DNA from: the human T2T-CHM13v2.0 reference genome, Homo sapiens | NCBI RefSeq assembly: GCF_009914755.1 | Contig: NC_060947.1 | DNA: 64,000 bases | Direction: 5' to 3' (one strand) | Shown here: positions 17,090-31,309 of the stretch, in pieces | Numbering within the stretch: position 1 is the first letter of the stretch | Layout of the letters: every line of letters starts with the position of its first letter | Position numbers and translations under genes: made by a program | The notes under the pieces: generated by a model | Told to the model about the DNA's origin: nothing | Database searches by the model: none | The model's input: only the letters and a program-made list of their open reading frames with translations

Positions 17090-18100
17090 AGAAGGCCATA
17101 GTGTTTATAAAAATGAAAAAGTAGAACAGGGCAAAGTAAATTGAGAGTACAATGTATGTGGTGAGGGGGATATGATGAAGTTGGGACAGGATGCTATATT
17201 AAATAGGATGGTCAGGATAGGTCCTATTGAGAAAGTGACATTTAAAGACTTGAGGGAGTTACCCTTAGGAAATTCTCGGGGAAGAGGGCAACATCAATGC
17301 AAAGGTCCTGAGGCAAGAGTGAGACTTGCATGTTTGAGGAACAGCAAGGATACCAGTGTGGCTAGAACAGAGAAATCAAGGTAAAGTGGTAGAAGAGGAT
17401 TAGACAGGTAACTGGAAAAGGGATAAGATAATATAAGGCTTTACAGGACATTTGAAGGATTTAGGCCTTTTCCTTTGAGTGAAATCAGAAGCAAAGGAGT
17501 GACATGATCTGATTTAACATGTTAAAATGATGTATTTGGCTGCAGCATTGAGAATATACTATAGGGGTCAAGGGCTGAAGCAGCGAGACCCTTTAGAACG
17601 TGAATGCAGTAGTCTGGGTGGTAAGAGATGAAGGTGGCTTGGACCAGGGTGGTAGCACTGGAGTTGGTGAAAAGTGGTAAGATTCTGGATATATTCTGAA
17701 AGTAGAACCATCAGGATTTGCTGACAGATTGTTGTCATGTGAGAGAGGTGACAAGTTTGATGCCAATGTTTTTGGCCTAACCAACTGGAAGAATAGAATT
17801 GCATCCAATGAGAAAGGGAAGGCCATGGGTAAGGCAGATCAGAGCAAAAGGTTAATAAATTAGTTGTAGACTTGTTTAGTTTGAGACATCTACTTGATCT
17901 CCAAATGGCGATATCAAGTTAGCAGTTAGATAAGTCGGAGAATGGAAAATAAATCTTGGCTAGAGGTGATTGAGAATTAGTAGTGGGTAGGTAGTATTTA
18001 AACCCATGAGACAGGATGAGATTACAAATGTAGTGAAAGTAGAGAAGAGGTTCAAAGACTTTTTCCTGGGGCACCAAAAGATAAGAAGATGAAGATAAAC
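17090..18100 (-). mobile_element. L2 fragment
   Basis: L2 motifs such as tgcaaaggtcctgaggc and gattctggatatattctgaa. Confidence 0.75.
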
Positions 18101-18225
18101 TGAACAGTCCTATATTTATTAAAGGCATTTTCATATTGGAAAGAAGAAAAACTGTCACTATTCACAGATGACATCATTATCTACACAGAGAGCCCTTAAA
18201 AAATCTATTAAAAAACCTACTAGAT

Positions 18226-18992
18226 CAAATGGTATTTCTGTCTTTAGGTCTTTGAGGAATCGCCACACTGTCTTCCACAATGGCTGAACTAATTTACACT
18301 CCCACCAACAGCGTATAAGCATTCCTTTTTCTCTGTAACCTAGCCAGCATGTAATTTTTTGACTTTGTAACAGTAGCCATTCTGACTGGTGTTAGATGGT
18401 ATCTCATTGTACCATTAGACCCAGCTATCCCATTACTGGGTATATACCCAAAGGAATATAAATCATTCTAACTGGGTATATACCCAAAGGAATATAAATC
18501 ATTCTATTATAAAGGCACATGCACATGTAAGTTCACTGCAGCACTGTTCACAATAGCAAAAACATGGAATCAACCTAAATGCCTACCAGCGATAGACCAG
18601 ATAAAGAAAATGTGGTACATATACACCATGGAATACTATGCAGCCATAAGAAGAATGAGATCATTTCCTTTTCAGGGACATGGATGGAGCTGGAGGCCAT
18701 TATCCTTAGCAAACTAACACAGGAACAGAAAACCAAATACCGCATGTTCTCACTTATAAGTGGGAGTTAAATGATGAGAACACATGGACCCATAGAGGGG
18801 AAGAACACACACTGGGGTGTTTTGGAGGGTGGAGGTTAGGAAGAGGGAGAGGATCAGGAAAAATAACTAATGGGTACTAGGCTTAATACCTTAGTGAGGA
18901 AATAATCTATGTAACGAGTCCCTGTGACACAAGTTTACCTATATAACAAACCTGCACTAGTACCCCTGAACTTAAAATAAAAGTTAAAAAAA
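18226..18992 (+). mobile_element. 5'-inverted L1PA insertion
   Basis: 18226-18410 is antisense L1PA; 18411-18992 is the sense L1PA 3' end with aataaa and an A tail. Confidence 0.85.
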
Positions 18993-19744
18993 ACTAGAAC
19001 AAATTTAACAAAGTTGTAAGATAAAAGGTCAATATACAAAATGAATTGCATATGTATAAACTAGCAATGAATGATTGAAAACAAGTTAACAAAAATAGTA
19101 TGATTTATAACAGCACTCAAAAACACAGGAAATATTTATATATAAATCTTACAAAATATGGTAAAAACTATAAAATATTGAGAAATAAATAAAACATCTA
19201 AGTAAATGAAGACACATGCTTTGTTCATGAATTGGAAGACTCAATATTGTTAAGATGTTAATTCTACCTCAATTTATATATAGATTCAACACAATCCCGA
19301 TAAAAATCTCAGAAGGATTTTGTCTTTTTTTAAAAAAAAGGAATAACCAAACTGATACTAAAATGTATATGAAAAGGCAAAGACTCTAGAACAGTCACAC
19401 ATTTTTTGAGAAAGAACTAATTTGGTAGAATCACACTAACTGGCTTTAAGACTTACAATAAAGCTGCAATAATCAAGACGATATAGCATTGGTAAAAGAT
19501 AGCATTGATCAGTGGAACAAGATATAGTCACTAATGGACACACATATAACCATTCATTTTCAAAAATGGTTCAAAGATAATGTAATGGAAAATCATAGTG
19601 TATTTAACACTTGGTGCTGAAACCACTGAATATTCATGTACATAAATATTCACTTCAACCTCAAAACATATACAAAAAATAAGACAAAATGGATTATAGA
19701 CCTAAATGTAACAGCTATAAGAAAGAAATTTCTAGAAGAGAACC

Positions 19745-20089
19745 TGATATGGTTTGGCTGTGTCCCCACCCAATTCATCTTGAATTCCCACATGTTGTGG
19801 GAGGGACCAGATGGGAGGTAATTAAATCACAGGGGCAGGTCTTTCCCATGCTGTTTTTGTGATAGTGATTAAGTCTCACGAGATCTGATGGTTATTATAA
19901 GGGGTAGTTTTCCTGCCAAGCTCTCTTCTCTTGTCTGCTGCCATGTGGGACCTGCCTTTTACCTTCCGCCATGATAGTGAGGCTTCCCCGGCCATGTGGA
20001 ACTGTGACTTCTCCGTTAAACCTCTTGCCTTTGTAAACTGCCCAGTCTCGGATGTGTCTTTATCAGCAGCATGAAAACAGACTAATGCA
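19745..20089 (+). mobile_element. THE1 solo LTR
   Basis: TG..CA ends (tgatatggtttgg...gactaatgca) with a perfect TSD gaacc. Confidence 0.95.
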
Positions 20090-23000
20090 GAACCTAAGCT
20101 AAAGTCTTTGTAACCCTGAGTTAGGCAAAAATGTCTTATATATGACACCAAAATCATAATACTTTTACAGAAAAAAAATTGATACATTAGACCTCATCAA
20201 AATTTAAAACTCTATGAAACACACTATTAAGAGAATGAAAAGACAAACTATGGACTTGGAGAAAATATTTCAAGACACTTTCCTGATAAAGGATTTGTAA
20301 TCATAATATATTTTTTAAAACTCTCAAAGCCGAATAATAAGAAAACAAATACGCCAATAAAATATTCAAAAATATTTGCAGAGACACTTCATCAAAGAAG
20401 ATATTTGGATGGCAAATTAGCACATGAAGTGATGTGCTCAGCATCATTACTCATTAGGGAATTGCAAATTAAAGCCACAACAAGATACACACCTATACTA
20501 GTAGTTAATAAACTGTAATTCTACATCTTGAAAAGGAAGCAGAGCAACGGGAAATCTCATAGATTGCTGGTGGGAATGCAAATGGTACCACCACTTTGAA
20601 ATACATTTTGGCAGTTTCTTGTATAGTTCAATCTGTAGTATCTATACAACCCAGCAATCCCACTCCTAGGTATTTGCTAAAGAGAACTTAAAACTTATGT
20701 TCACACAAAACTCTATATGTGAATGTTTGTAAAGTCTTTGTATATAATTTTCAAAACTAGAACCAACACAAGTAGTCTTCAACAGATGAAAGGATAAACA
20801 CATTGTGGTACTTTCATACAATGGAATGCTCTACCAAACTATAAAGGAATGAACTACTGATATACCCAACCACACTGATGATTCTCAAATGCATTATGCT
20901 ATGTGAAAGAAGCCAGATACAAATGGCTACATACTGCATAGTTTAATATACATAGCATTCTGCAAGAAGAAAAACTAAGGGGACAGAAAACAGACCAATA
21001 ATTGTCAAAGGGTGGGAATACTGGAAGGATTTGACTACAAAGAGGCACGAGAGTATTTTTAGGACTGCTTGAACTGTTCCATATCTTGATCGTAATGGTA
21101 GTTACACAACTATGTATTCATCAGATATCGGGACTATACACTAAAAAGGATGAATTTTATCATAGGTAAATTATACTTCTGAGTTGAAATATTATATAGC
21201 CTATTCTTCAGGTTGCTGGAGTTAAATGAACATAAATGAAGTCAATGAACATGAGGCAGTGTTTGTAGTAGGAAAGACCAATTGCCTTTTTTGCATTGGG
21301 TTTCTGTTCCTAGGTGTCTTACACAGCAGCAAAAACCCTGTATTTCAATTCCAAGCGCTAATACTTCAAAGTGGTCACCAATCCTGGCCACCACTGTTAA
21401 ATGTGCAATGTAAAATTATCCCAGACTCTGATGGTTTTGGTGAGGAAATAGAATGTGGATTAAAGCAGTCACACAAAGCGTTTGGCAGTATAGGTATACT
21501 TGAAGTCCTGATAAATGTTTCTTGGGTTATTCCTTTCTTTCTCATAGGGTCTGCACCTCTGTTCTATGTGTAACAGAGGGCAGCTTTGAGCTGTGGCCCA
21601 ATGGAAAATGGAAAATTCTGGAAGGATTTTTGAATGTGCCTATTGTACAAATTTAGCCAAACAGACTTTTCTTGACTTTTCTAAACAGTTTGCTCCAGTT
21701 TGCCTCTGTGGGCTTTTGTTTAGATAGCAGCTTTAGAGAATTACAGCTTCCAGCCTCAGACCTCCAGATTCTATCTTTGCACATGCTGAAATTAGTCCCT
21801 GTTATTTTAGAGGCTTCACCTTGAAAATTCCCTCAGATGTCCTATGGGGCCCGTTGAAAGGAAGCAGCCTGCTTTGGCCTCTGCTCTCCTGCTCTCTCTT
21901 GAATTTACAAAGTTCCAAGCAAACAAAAGAATTATGGCACCTTATCAGGCACAGAGGAAGGCTCTACATTTGTCCCAGGTCCTTGTGGCTCCCAGTTCTC
22001 ATTATTGGCTTTGACAGAAACTTTAGAAACTTTCAGTGGGGCCTAGCTAGACAATAGTCCCTAATCCATCATCATTAGATGGATTACAGTAGAAGAAATC
22101 AGCCTTAGACTCCAGAGTTGCCTGTAGCTTATCTTAATGGCACAAGAGCACTGAAATTCATGTCTCTAATTAGCCAGCCATATGGTTTTGCTGCATACGT
22201 GAGCCCTACCAAACACAGTCAATGAAAGTTTATGGGCTTGTTTCCATTCAGTCCCCAGTGTCATCTGCCCTTTCCCACCTCTGTACCATTGCTGTTGCTG
22301 TTCCCTCTACCTGCAATACTCCCTCACTCCCAACCTTCCTAGTAATGCCTGTTGAAATTTTCCTATTCTTTAAGGACAAGTTTCCAACCCTTCTCTTCTA
22401 AGAAGTCACCCCAAGACTTTGCCCAGAAACACTCCCTTCACTGCCCTTCCTGAGTGATACATATGTTTCTGTCTTAATGTTCCATCTGGACCATAAGTGA
22501 TGTGAGGAAAAAGACAAGGTCTTAGTCATGTCTATTCATATCCACACCTCCCCGTCCTCCACCTTCAACTCCACATCTCATCTCTGGGTCTACCTGCTCA
22601 GAATGGCCAATCAGAAAATGTTTGCTGACGTGGAAAGCCAGAATTCAGGATGAGCAAATGACTGAAATTCTACTTTCTGCATTAGCCCGTGGGAAATTAG
22701 ACAGGTTTGGAATGTGTGCCATGTGGCATCCAAATATCTAATATTGTTTTGAAGTGTTTAGAAGTTTAATATATAAAGCTCAGTCATAATTAAGACTTCA
22801 AAACTCTATAGATTAATTCCATTTCCACATAGGAAAAAAAAAGCATCAGCAAACAAGCATGAATGTCTGCCTGAATTCAAGAAACTTGTGGATCCTGATT
22901 GTTTAAAGAAAACTTCAAAGCAGAAGGCAACTGATCAGTATTTAACTCAAAGAGTTCATTTGATTACAGGTAAGACACACAATTCCCTGTATAAATGGCA

Positions 23001-23504
23001 GCAAAAGCTTGCATTGTCAATTAGAGAAAGGAACACAAATCTGGAAGTTGAATTCATACCTTATCTGATTTGAAACCTGAATTATTTACTGTTGAGATTT
23101 ATATGAGATTAGATTTCTCTGCTTAAACACTAAATCAAGCTTAACAGGAAGAGATATTGCAAATAAACAATGTTCTCTGAAACGGTGTGTTTAATATTTT
23201 CATTAAATGGAAATCTAGCTGAGCTTTTTATTGCAGACATTGATAGCTCTATAAATTTTTATGAGATATGCACTAGAATTAATGCAACCTTATTAAGAGG
23301 GCTTGCTCCTTGCTGACTTAGGGATGCAGCATGGATTACAAAGGTCTGAGTTAGCACCCAGGAAGGTCTGGGTTCCAGTTCCAGCCCTGCTACTGACTTG
23401 AGCAAGTCTCTTCTCCTTCCTAGGTCTTGGTTTTTACATCCAGAGATAATTGATTTATGTTTTTATTTTCTTTCAGCAGACCTTGGGCAATGAAGTAAAG
23501 ATAG

Positions 23505-23840
<336 letters not shown>

Positions 23841-25407
23841 TCTCCCACTGTTTCATGTTATTATCCAGTATTTCGGTTGTTCTCAACCACATCCTATAGT
23901 TTTTAAGAATACTAAAAACTTAAAGACTGACACGGCATCAATACTTTTAAAATGTCTCTGGCATTTCCTCTCTCTGGATACATTAACTTTCGCATCAATT
24001 GCGACTAGTCAGTATTAAAGCCAAACAAGAAAATGTTGGACTTTTCTCAATTTCCTCAGTTGCATTTGTTACTACGGAGAAACATCTTTGAAAGTATTGT
24101 ATTAAAGCAGCATGCCTTAACTTTCTCATTCTCCACCTGTGCCTTGAATTCACTGTTTAATGCATGCCTCTACCACGTTGTGGCAGTGAGGAATCAAGAA
24201 GATGCAGGCATCAAAGCATGCTTGGAAATTGGATTGCCAGCACTCAGAATCTGGTGAATACGCCACTAACATCAGCAGAGATCTATTTTTGTGGGCCTTG
24301 ACACGATATATGATGCCCTCATGTCTTGGTACCCAGCGAGCATGGCCTGGTCACCGAGATTTGGAACAACATCTAGTTTTGGCACATAGACAAGTCATCC
24401 AGATGTCAGAAGAAATTACTTACCTTTCATCCAGATGGTTTGATTTCACGTACCTGGGCCTTATTGAAGTGAGGTTTATTCAATTTGAAGGGCCCATTTT
24501 GATGCTTTGTGTTGATTGGCTAACCAGAGACAGTTTCCTTTGTGGGGTTGAGTGTTGAGTTGGGAATCTCACTGTAAGTGAATAACTTATGGAAACAGAA
24601 ATCTCATGCCTGATGAGTTAGCCCTGCTGTTCAAAGACATGCTTCTCCATCTATCTCTTAAGCACTAACATTATTACATTTACAGGATCTTAGTGAGATT
24701 CTCATCTGCTTCAAGAGGGGAGGTAAAGGTGAAATGATTTTCTTTTTAAAACCTGGGTTACTGCTCAGGTTTTAAAGTTGTCAAGTTGCTACAAAGTTGT
24801 CAAGGTTGGCCTGTAATATTAGCAATTTTGAGTACAAAAATAAGCAATGACATTTTATTTCCTGGAATTATGTTGACTTTGGTGATGAAAAATGAACATT
24901 TTCTTTGGAATTACAAATCCACAGTTTAGATTTATAACTGTCCTTCCCCTCTAATATCTTTTCTTTTAATCAATGCTATTCTTTCAAGAACTATCAATAA
25001 AATTACTGAGAAAATGAGGGAATATATTCCACCTTCTCCATCTTAAAAACTTTCATGATAAGGAAAGTTGGTACCTGATACAAACACAATAAGAGAGATG
25101 ACAGTCCATTTACGCTAGCCACTTCAGAAATCCGTGTTGGTTATTTTTTGTCAGTACAGCTGAAACTGCTTACTGAAGTATTGATCTGATTATTCTTTTA
25201 TGGAACAAAATCTAAAATGTTATCTATTTTTATGTCGGAAACTCACTTGAGCTTTGTTCTGTTTTGAACTTTATAACCTACTTTAAAAATTAAATTCCTT
25301 TCCTTCTGTATGTCTTGATATGGTCTGAGGCTCAAACCAACTTGATATTTATTTTTGCTTTGAACAATATGAATGCAAAGTGATATTACTATTGGTGCTA
25401 TTACTTT

Positions 25408-26070
25408 ATTTTTATTTATTTATTTTTTATTATACTTTAAGTTCTAGGGTACATGTGCACAACATGCAGGTTTGTTACATATGTATACATGCACCATGTT
25501 GGTGTGCTGCACCCATTAACTCGTCATTTACATTAGGTATATCTCCTAATGCTATCCCTCCCCGCACCCCCCACCCCACAACAGACCCTGGTGTGTGATG
25601 TTCCCCACCCAGTGTCCAAGTGTTCTCATTGTTCAATTCCCACCTATGAGTGAGAACATGCGGTGTTTGGTTTTTTGTCCTTGTGATAGTTTGCTCAGAA
25701 TGATGGTTTCCAGCTTCATCCATGTCCCTACAAAGGACATGAACTCATCCTTTTTTATGGCTGCATAGTATTCCCTGGTGTATATGGGCCACATTTTCTT
25801 AATCCAGTCTATCATTGATGGACATTTGGGTTGGTTCCAAGTCTTTGCTATTGTGAATAGTGCCGCAATAAACATACGTGTGCATGTGTCTTTATAGCAG
25901 CATGATTTATAATCCTTTGGGTATATACCCAGTAATGGGATGGCTGGGTCAAATGGTATTTCTAGTTCTAGATCCTTGAGGAATCGCCACACTGTCTTCC
26001 ACAATGGTTGAACTAGTTTACAGTCCCACCAACAGTGTTAAAGTGTTCCTATTGCTCCACATCCTCTCCA
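25408..26070 (-). mobile_element. Young 5'-truncated L1PA
   Basis: ORF 25633-26004 is the L1 ORF2p C-terminus (..KHRMFSLIGGN); 14-bp TSD ggtgctattacttt at 25394 and 26071. Confidence 0.95.
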
Positions 26071-27863
26071 GGTGCTATTACTTTCTTTCATCGAATTCAA
26101 CAAATACTTGTATTACTAGCAAGGTACCAGGCGCACTCTGTGTTGTCTATGGTGTGCTGCCATATTAGCCTTAAAAAGGAGGCAGGCTCCAAGAACCCCA
26201 GGTATAGCACTTTGATTTCTAGCTCCCACCATCCCTGGGATTTGAGCACCTCCATCAAGTGATCTTCTCTGCCTTTTTAAAGACTCAAAAACTCTTTGGT
26301 TTAGATTGATTACCTTGTAGGTTATCTACAGCAACCTTCCATGTGAGTCTCTATCTTCCTTCCACATCTCTGACACATGATAGCCTCTACTTATGAGATA
26401 TAGAGGAACCAATGGGCCTTGGCTTTGCAGTCAGACAGACCTTGGGCTGAATCATGGACAGGCTCCTCTACTTGTCTGAGCTTCAGTAAAAGAAGGATGA
26501 TAACATCTCAATTCCAGGGTTGTCATGATGATTAAATGCACAATCAAGATGACTCTGGGTGAAGACTCAGGGGCCTCAGTGACAGTGCTGAGTTCTGTTC
26601 TTCCTGAAGGACAGTCTTCCTCTCCTCCTAGTTGAAGTCACTGGTTCCCAGATACTGGGACTCACCCTGTTACTTAGGAAAATTGGAGCGACCTCAGGTC
26701 AGGCTCTTAGCGTGTTCTGCTGCTAGTTAGTTTGGCTTCTGGTCTCATCTTCATCCTGCAGGACTTGCCTTTGTCTTCATAACTTGCCTTGCATTTTAGT
26801 GTCTCCAACCCTAACCCTGTCCTGGGGCAAAGTGGCTGAGAGCCTGCCTCCGCCCACCCTAATGCCCTCACACCAATTTCCCATTGGCCTGTGCCTTTTT
26901 GTGCCAACCTTCAGATGTCAGAGGCAAAATGCCCCACTAGCTCCCCAGACTCCCACGTGCTCATTAGTCATATGCAGTGGCTCTCTGCTGCCACCCATCT
27001 CCCATTTTAAGCAGTCACCCCTTGAAAGGAGAGGTCAGAGCAAAGTTCCTCATTTCCCCTCCCTTGTTCCAATACCATGGCTTCCCTTAACTTTCATGAA
27101 ATATTGCTGCAACATGTCTCAGAATTAAGTTTGGGAAATATATTCATGTATTTTCAGAATAAAAGGGAAACTCTGCAAAGTTCAATTGAGTATTATAAAG
27201 TGATAAGATTTTTCTTCCAAGGCTAAAAATATCTGGTTTCTCTTTTATTTAGTCTAAAATCCAGTGAGCATTCACACATGTGATAAAGACCTACTGTGTG
27301 CTGGGAATTGTGTCTGCCACAGTACATGCCATGCCACAGCAAGGCATGGGCTCTGCCCTCCAGAACCTTATGTCTGGTTGGCGAGAAGGGTGACTATGTG
27401 GGAAAATACTCAGAATCATCCCATATATGATAGTAGAAGTCTGTCTCATTTGGGGAGGCAGGGAACGGGATTCAAAGGAGTGAGGGGTGACTTCCACATA
27501 TGGGGATCAGAAAAGGCTTCGCCCTGCACACTTGCACCAGGGGCCTATGCACTGGACTTTGGCCCTAACCACACCTTGAACTCTGCTGGGAGGCCTTTGA
27601 AAAACTGTACCTTCCCTGCATCCAACTCTCCATAGGGTCATGGCTTCTATACATGCCCAAGTTTCTCAGCTTAAACAGCTGGATAGCCAGGGCTGTCCTT
27701 TAAATGGGACAGCAAGTTTGTTCTTCAGGGAAACAGTATGTTTTGGGAACGGTCATTTCTGAAGTGCATCCAATGTAAGGAAAACAGTGTTTTCTCCCTT
27801 TTGTTTCAACATAGGAACTGGAAATGTTAAAATATATCAGGCTGATTTTTAGAAAAATCAGTA

Positions 27864-28990
<1,127 letters not shown>

Positions 28991-29529
28991 TTACCCAGTG
29001 TCTCCACCATGCCATTGGAGTCTGTTCCTCCAGTTACAGTTGAGAAACAAGTGAGTCTCGTGGAAAGGTGAGTCTGCTGTGGATATGTGTAAGAGAGGTA
29101 AAAGGTGTTCTGATGAGTGGGATAAAAATATGTGTTGGGGGCGGGGAAGTGGAAGAGCGGAGACTCAACTCTAGCCTCCTTACCTCTTACTATTGTGTAA
29201 CCTTGGGTGAGTCTCTTAAGTTCTTTGAGTCTCAGATTCTTTTATTTAAAATGACAGAAGAAAAACTATAGTCCTATCTCATAGGGAGGAGGTGTGGAGT
29301 CATACATCTCGAGTTCCTGATACAGTGCTGAGCACAGTCTGTGCTCAAGAATTAGCATGGTGAGCTCTGGGACAGACAAGAAACAGCCCGGATAGAAAAG
29401 GAGAATTTAACCTAAGTCCTCTCCAAACATTTTGGGTTTCAGAATAGTTGACAAAGCTAGAGGCAGGAAATCTAGGCAGGACAGTTAACCTCTCCTGTTC
29501 TCAGTTTTTTCATCTGCTAAATGAGGATT

Positions 29530-30175
29530 CTTTTTTAAAAATTGAGTTATAATTCACATATCACAAAACCCACCCTTTTGAAGTATATGATTCAGCGTTG
29601 ACAGTATATTAACAGTTGGGCAACCATCCCCACAATCAATTTTAGAATATTTTCATCAATCCAAAAGGAAATCTGTATCCATTGGCAGTCACTCCTCATT
29701 CCCACTCCCATCCCTGCAGCTCCTGGCAATCACTAATCTGCTTTCTGCCTCTGTGAATTTGCCTATTCTGGACTTTTCATAGAAATGGAATTATACGATA
29801 TGTGACCCTGTGTGCCTGGCTTCTTTCACTTAGCAAAGTGTTTTTAGGTTGTAATATATATTATGTCATTCCTTTTTACGGCCAAGTAGTATTCCATGTT
29901 ATGGATATACTACATTTTGTTTATCTGTTTACCAATTGATGGGTATTTGGGTTATTTCCATCTTTTGGCAATTATGAATAATGCTGCTATTAACATTCAG
30001 GTACACGTTTTTGTGTGGACATTGCTGGGTCATTTGGTAATTCTATGTTTAAGTTTTTGGGGAACTGCCAAACTGTTTTCCAAAGCAACTGCAACATTTT
30101 ACATTCCCACACTCAGTGTGTGAGGGTTGCAATTCTTCACGTCCTTACAACACTTTTTACTGTCAGTCTTATTTA
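29530..30175 (-). mobile_element. L1MB 3' fragment
   Basis: Starts attgagttataattcacata; antisense L1 3'-UTR. Confidence 0.8.
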
Positions 30176-30613
30176 ATTAGTGGCTAAATGGGGATTCTAA
30201 TTCTTGTTCTTTTGTGAGAATTATAAAAAGATAATTATAAGGAAGATTTTAGAAAACTATAATGTGTTCACCAAGTAGAAGGTACTAGTAAGAAATAACT
30301 CTAACTTCATAGCTTGGGTTTTCCATGAATGTTCGGTTTGGGGATTTCTTTTGTGAACAGTAGGGAACTGGGTCAGGATTTAGAGGAAAGAAGTATTTTT
30401 AGGAAGATTCATTAGGCACTGGTGAAAAAAATTCTGTAGCTATTTGAGAACTCAAATAGCTTTACATCAGCTGTTTGTGCATGTCGGTGTAATTGGTAAG
30501 ATTCTCAAAATGACTAAAACAAAAGTAGCTTAATTTTTCCAGTGTTGTTATGAAGTGAACAATATTGAAAATCATGTCCAAAACCAGGCCCTTAATTAAA
30601 TTTTCTGCTCTAG

Positions 30614-30973
<360 letters not shown>

Positions 30974-31309
30974 TGACTGCATTGTTGGCATTGACTAGAA
31001 GTGAAGGCCTTTGCAGAATGGTAAAGAGCTCTTCACTTTTTAAAAGCTATTCGACCTTAGGTAAGTCACTGACCCTTTTTCTTTCCACATACATTTGCTA
31101 TGAACCTTAAATAAGATAATGCCTATGAAAGCACCCAGCACTAAGCCAGGGACAAAGTAAGCACTCAGTAAAGGGAAGAGTTTTCCTCTGGTCATTATCA
31201 GCCTGACCAGTAGCCCATTTACCCCAGTGGACCTTGGTTAGGGCTAAACTTAGAAGGAAGGATCTGGTCTGACCAAAGATTATAATTTATTATTATATTC
31301 ATTATTATT

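Larger units (their letters stand above)
18120..21180 (+). mobile_element. L1MB/MC-type 3' region with younger insertions
   Basis: A-rich L1 ORF2/3'-UTR motifs such as tggaagactcaatattgttaagatg and cccagcaatcccactcctaggtatt. Confidence 0.85.

Noticed and set aside
25633-26004. 123-aa ORF
   Set aside because: It is the L1 ORF2p C-terminus in a truncated L1PA, not a host gene.
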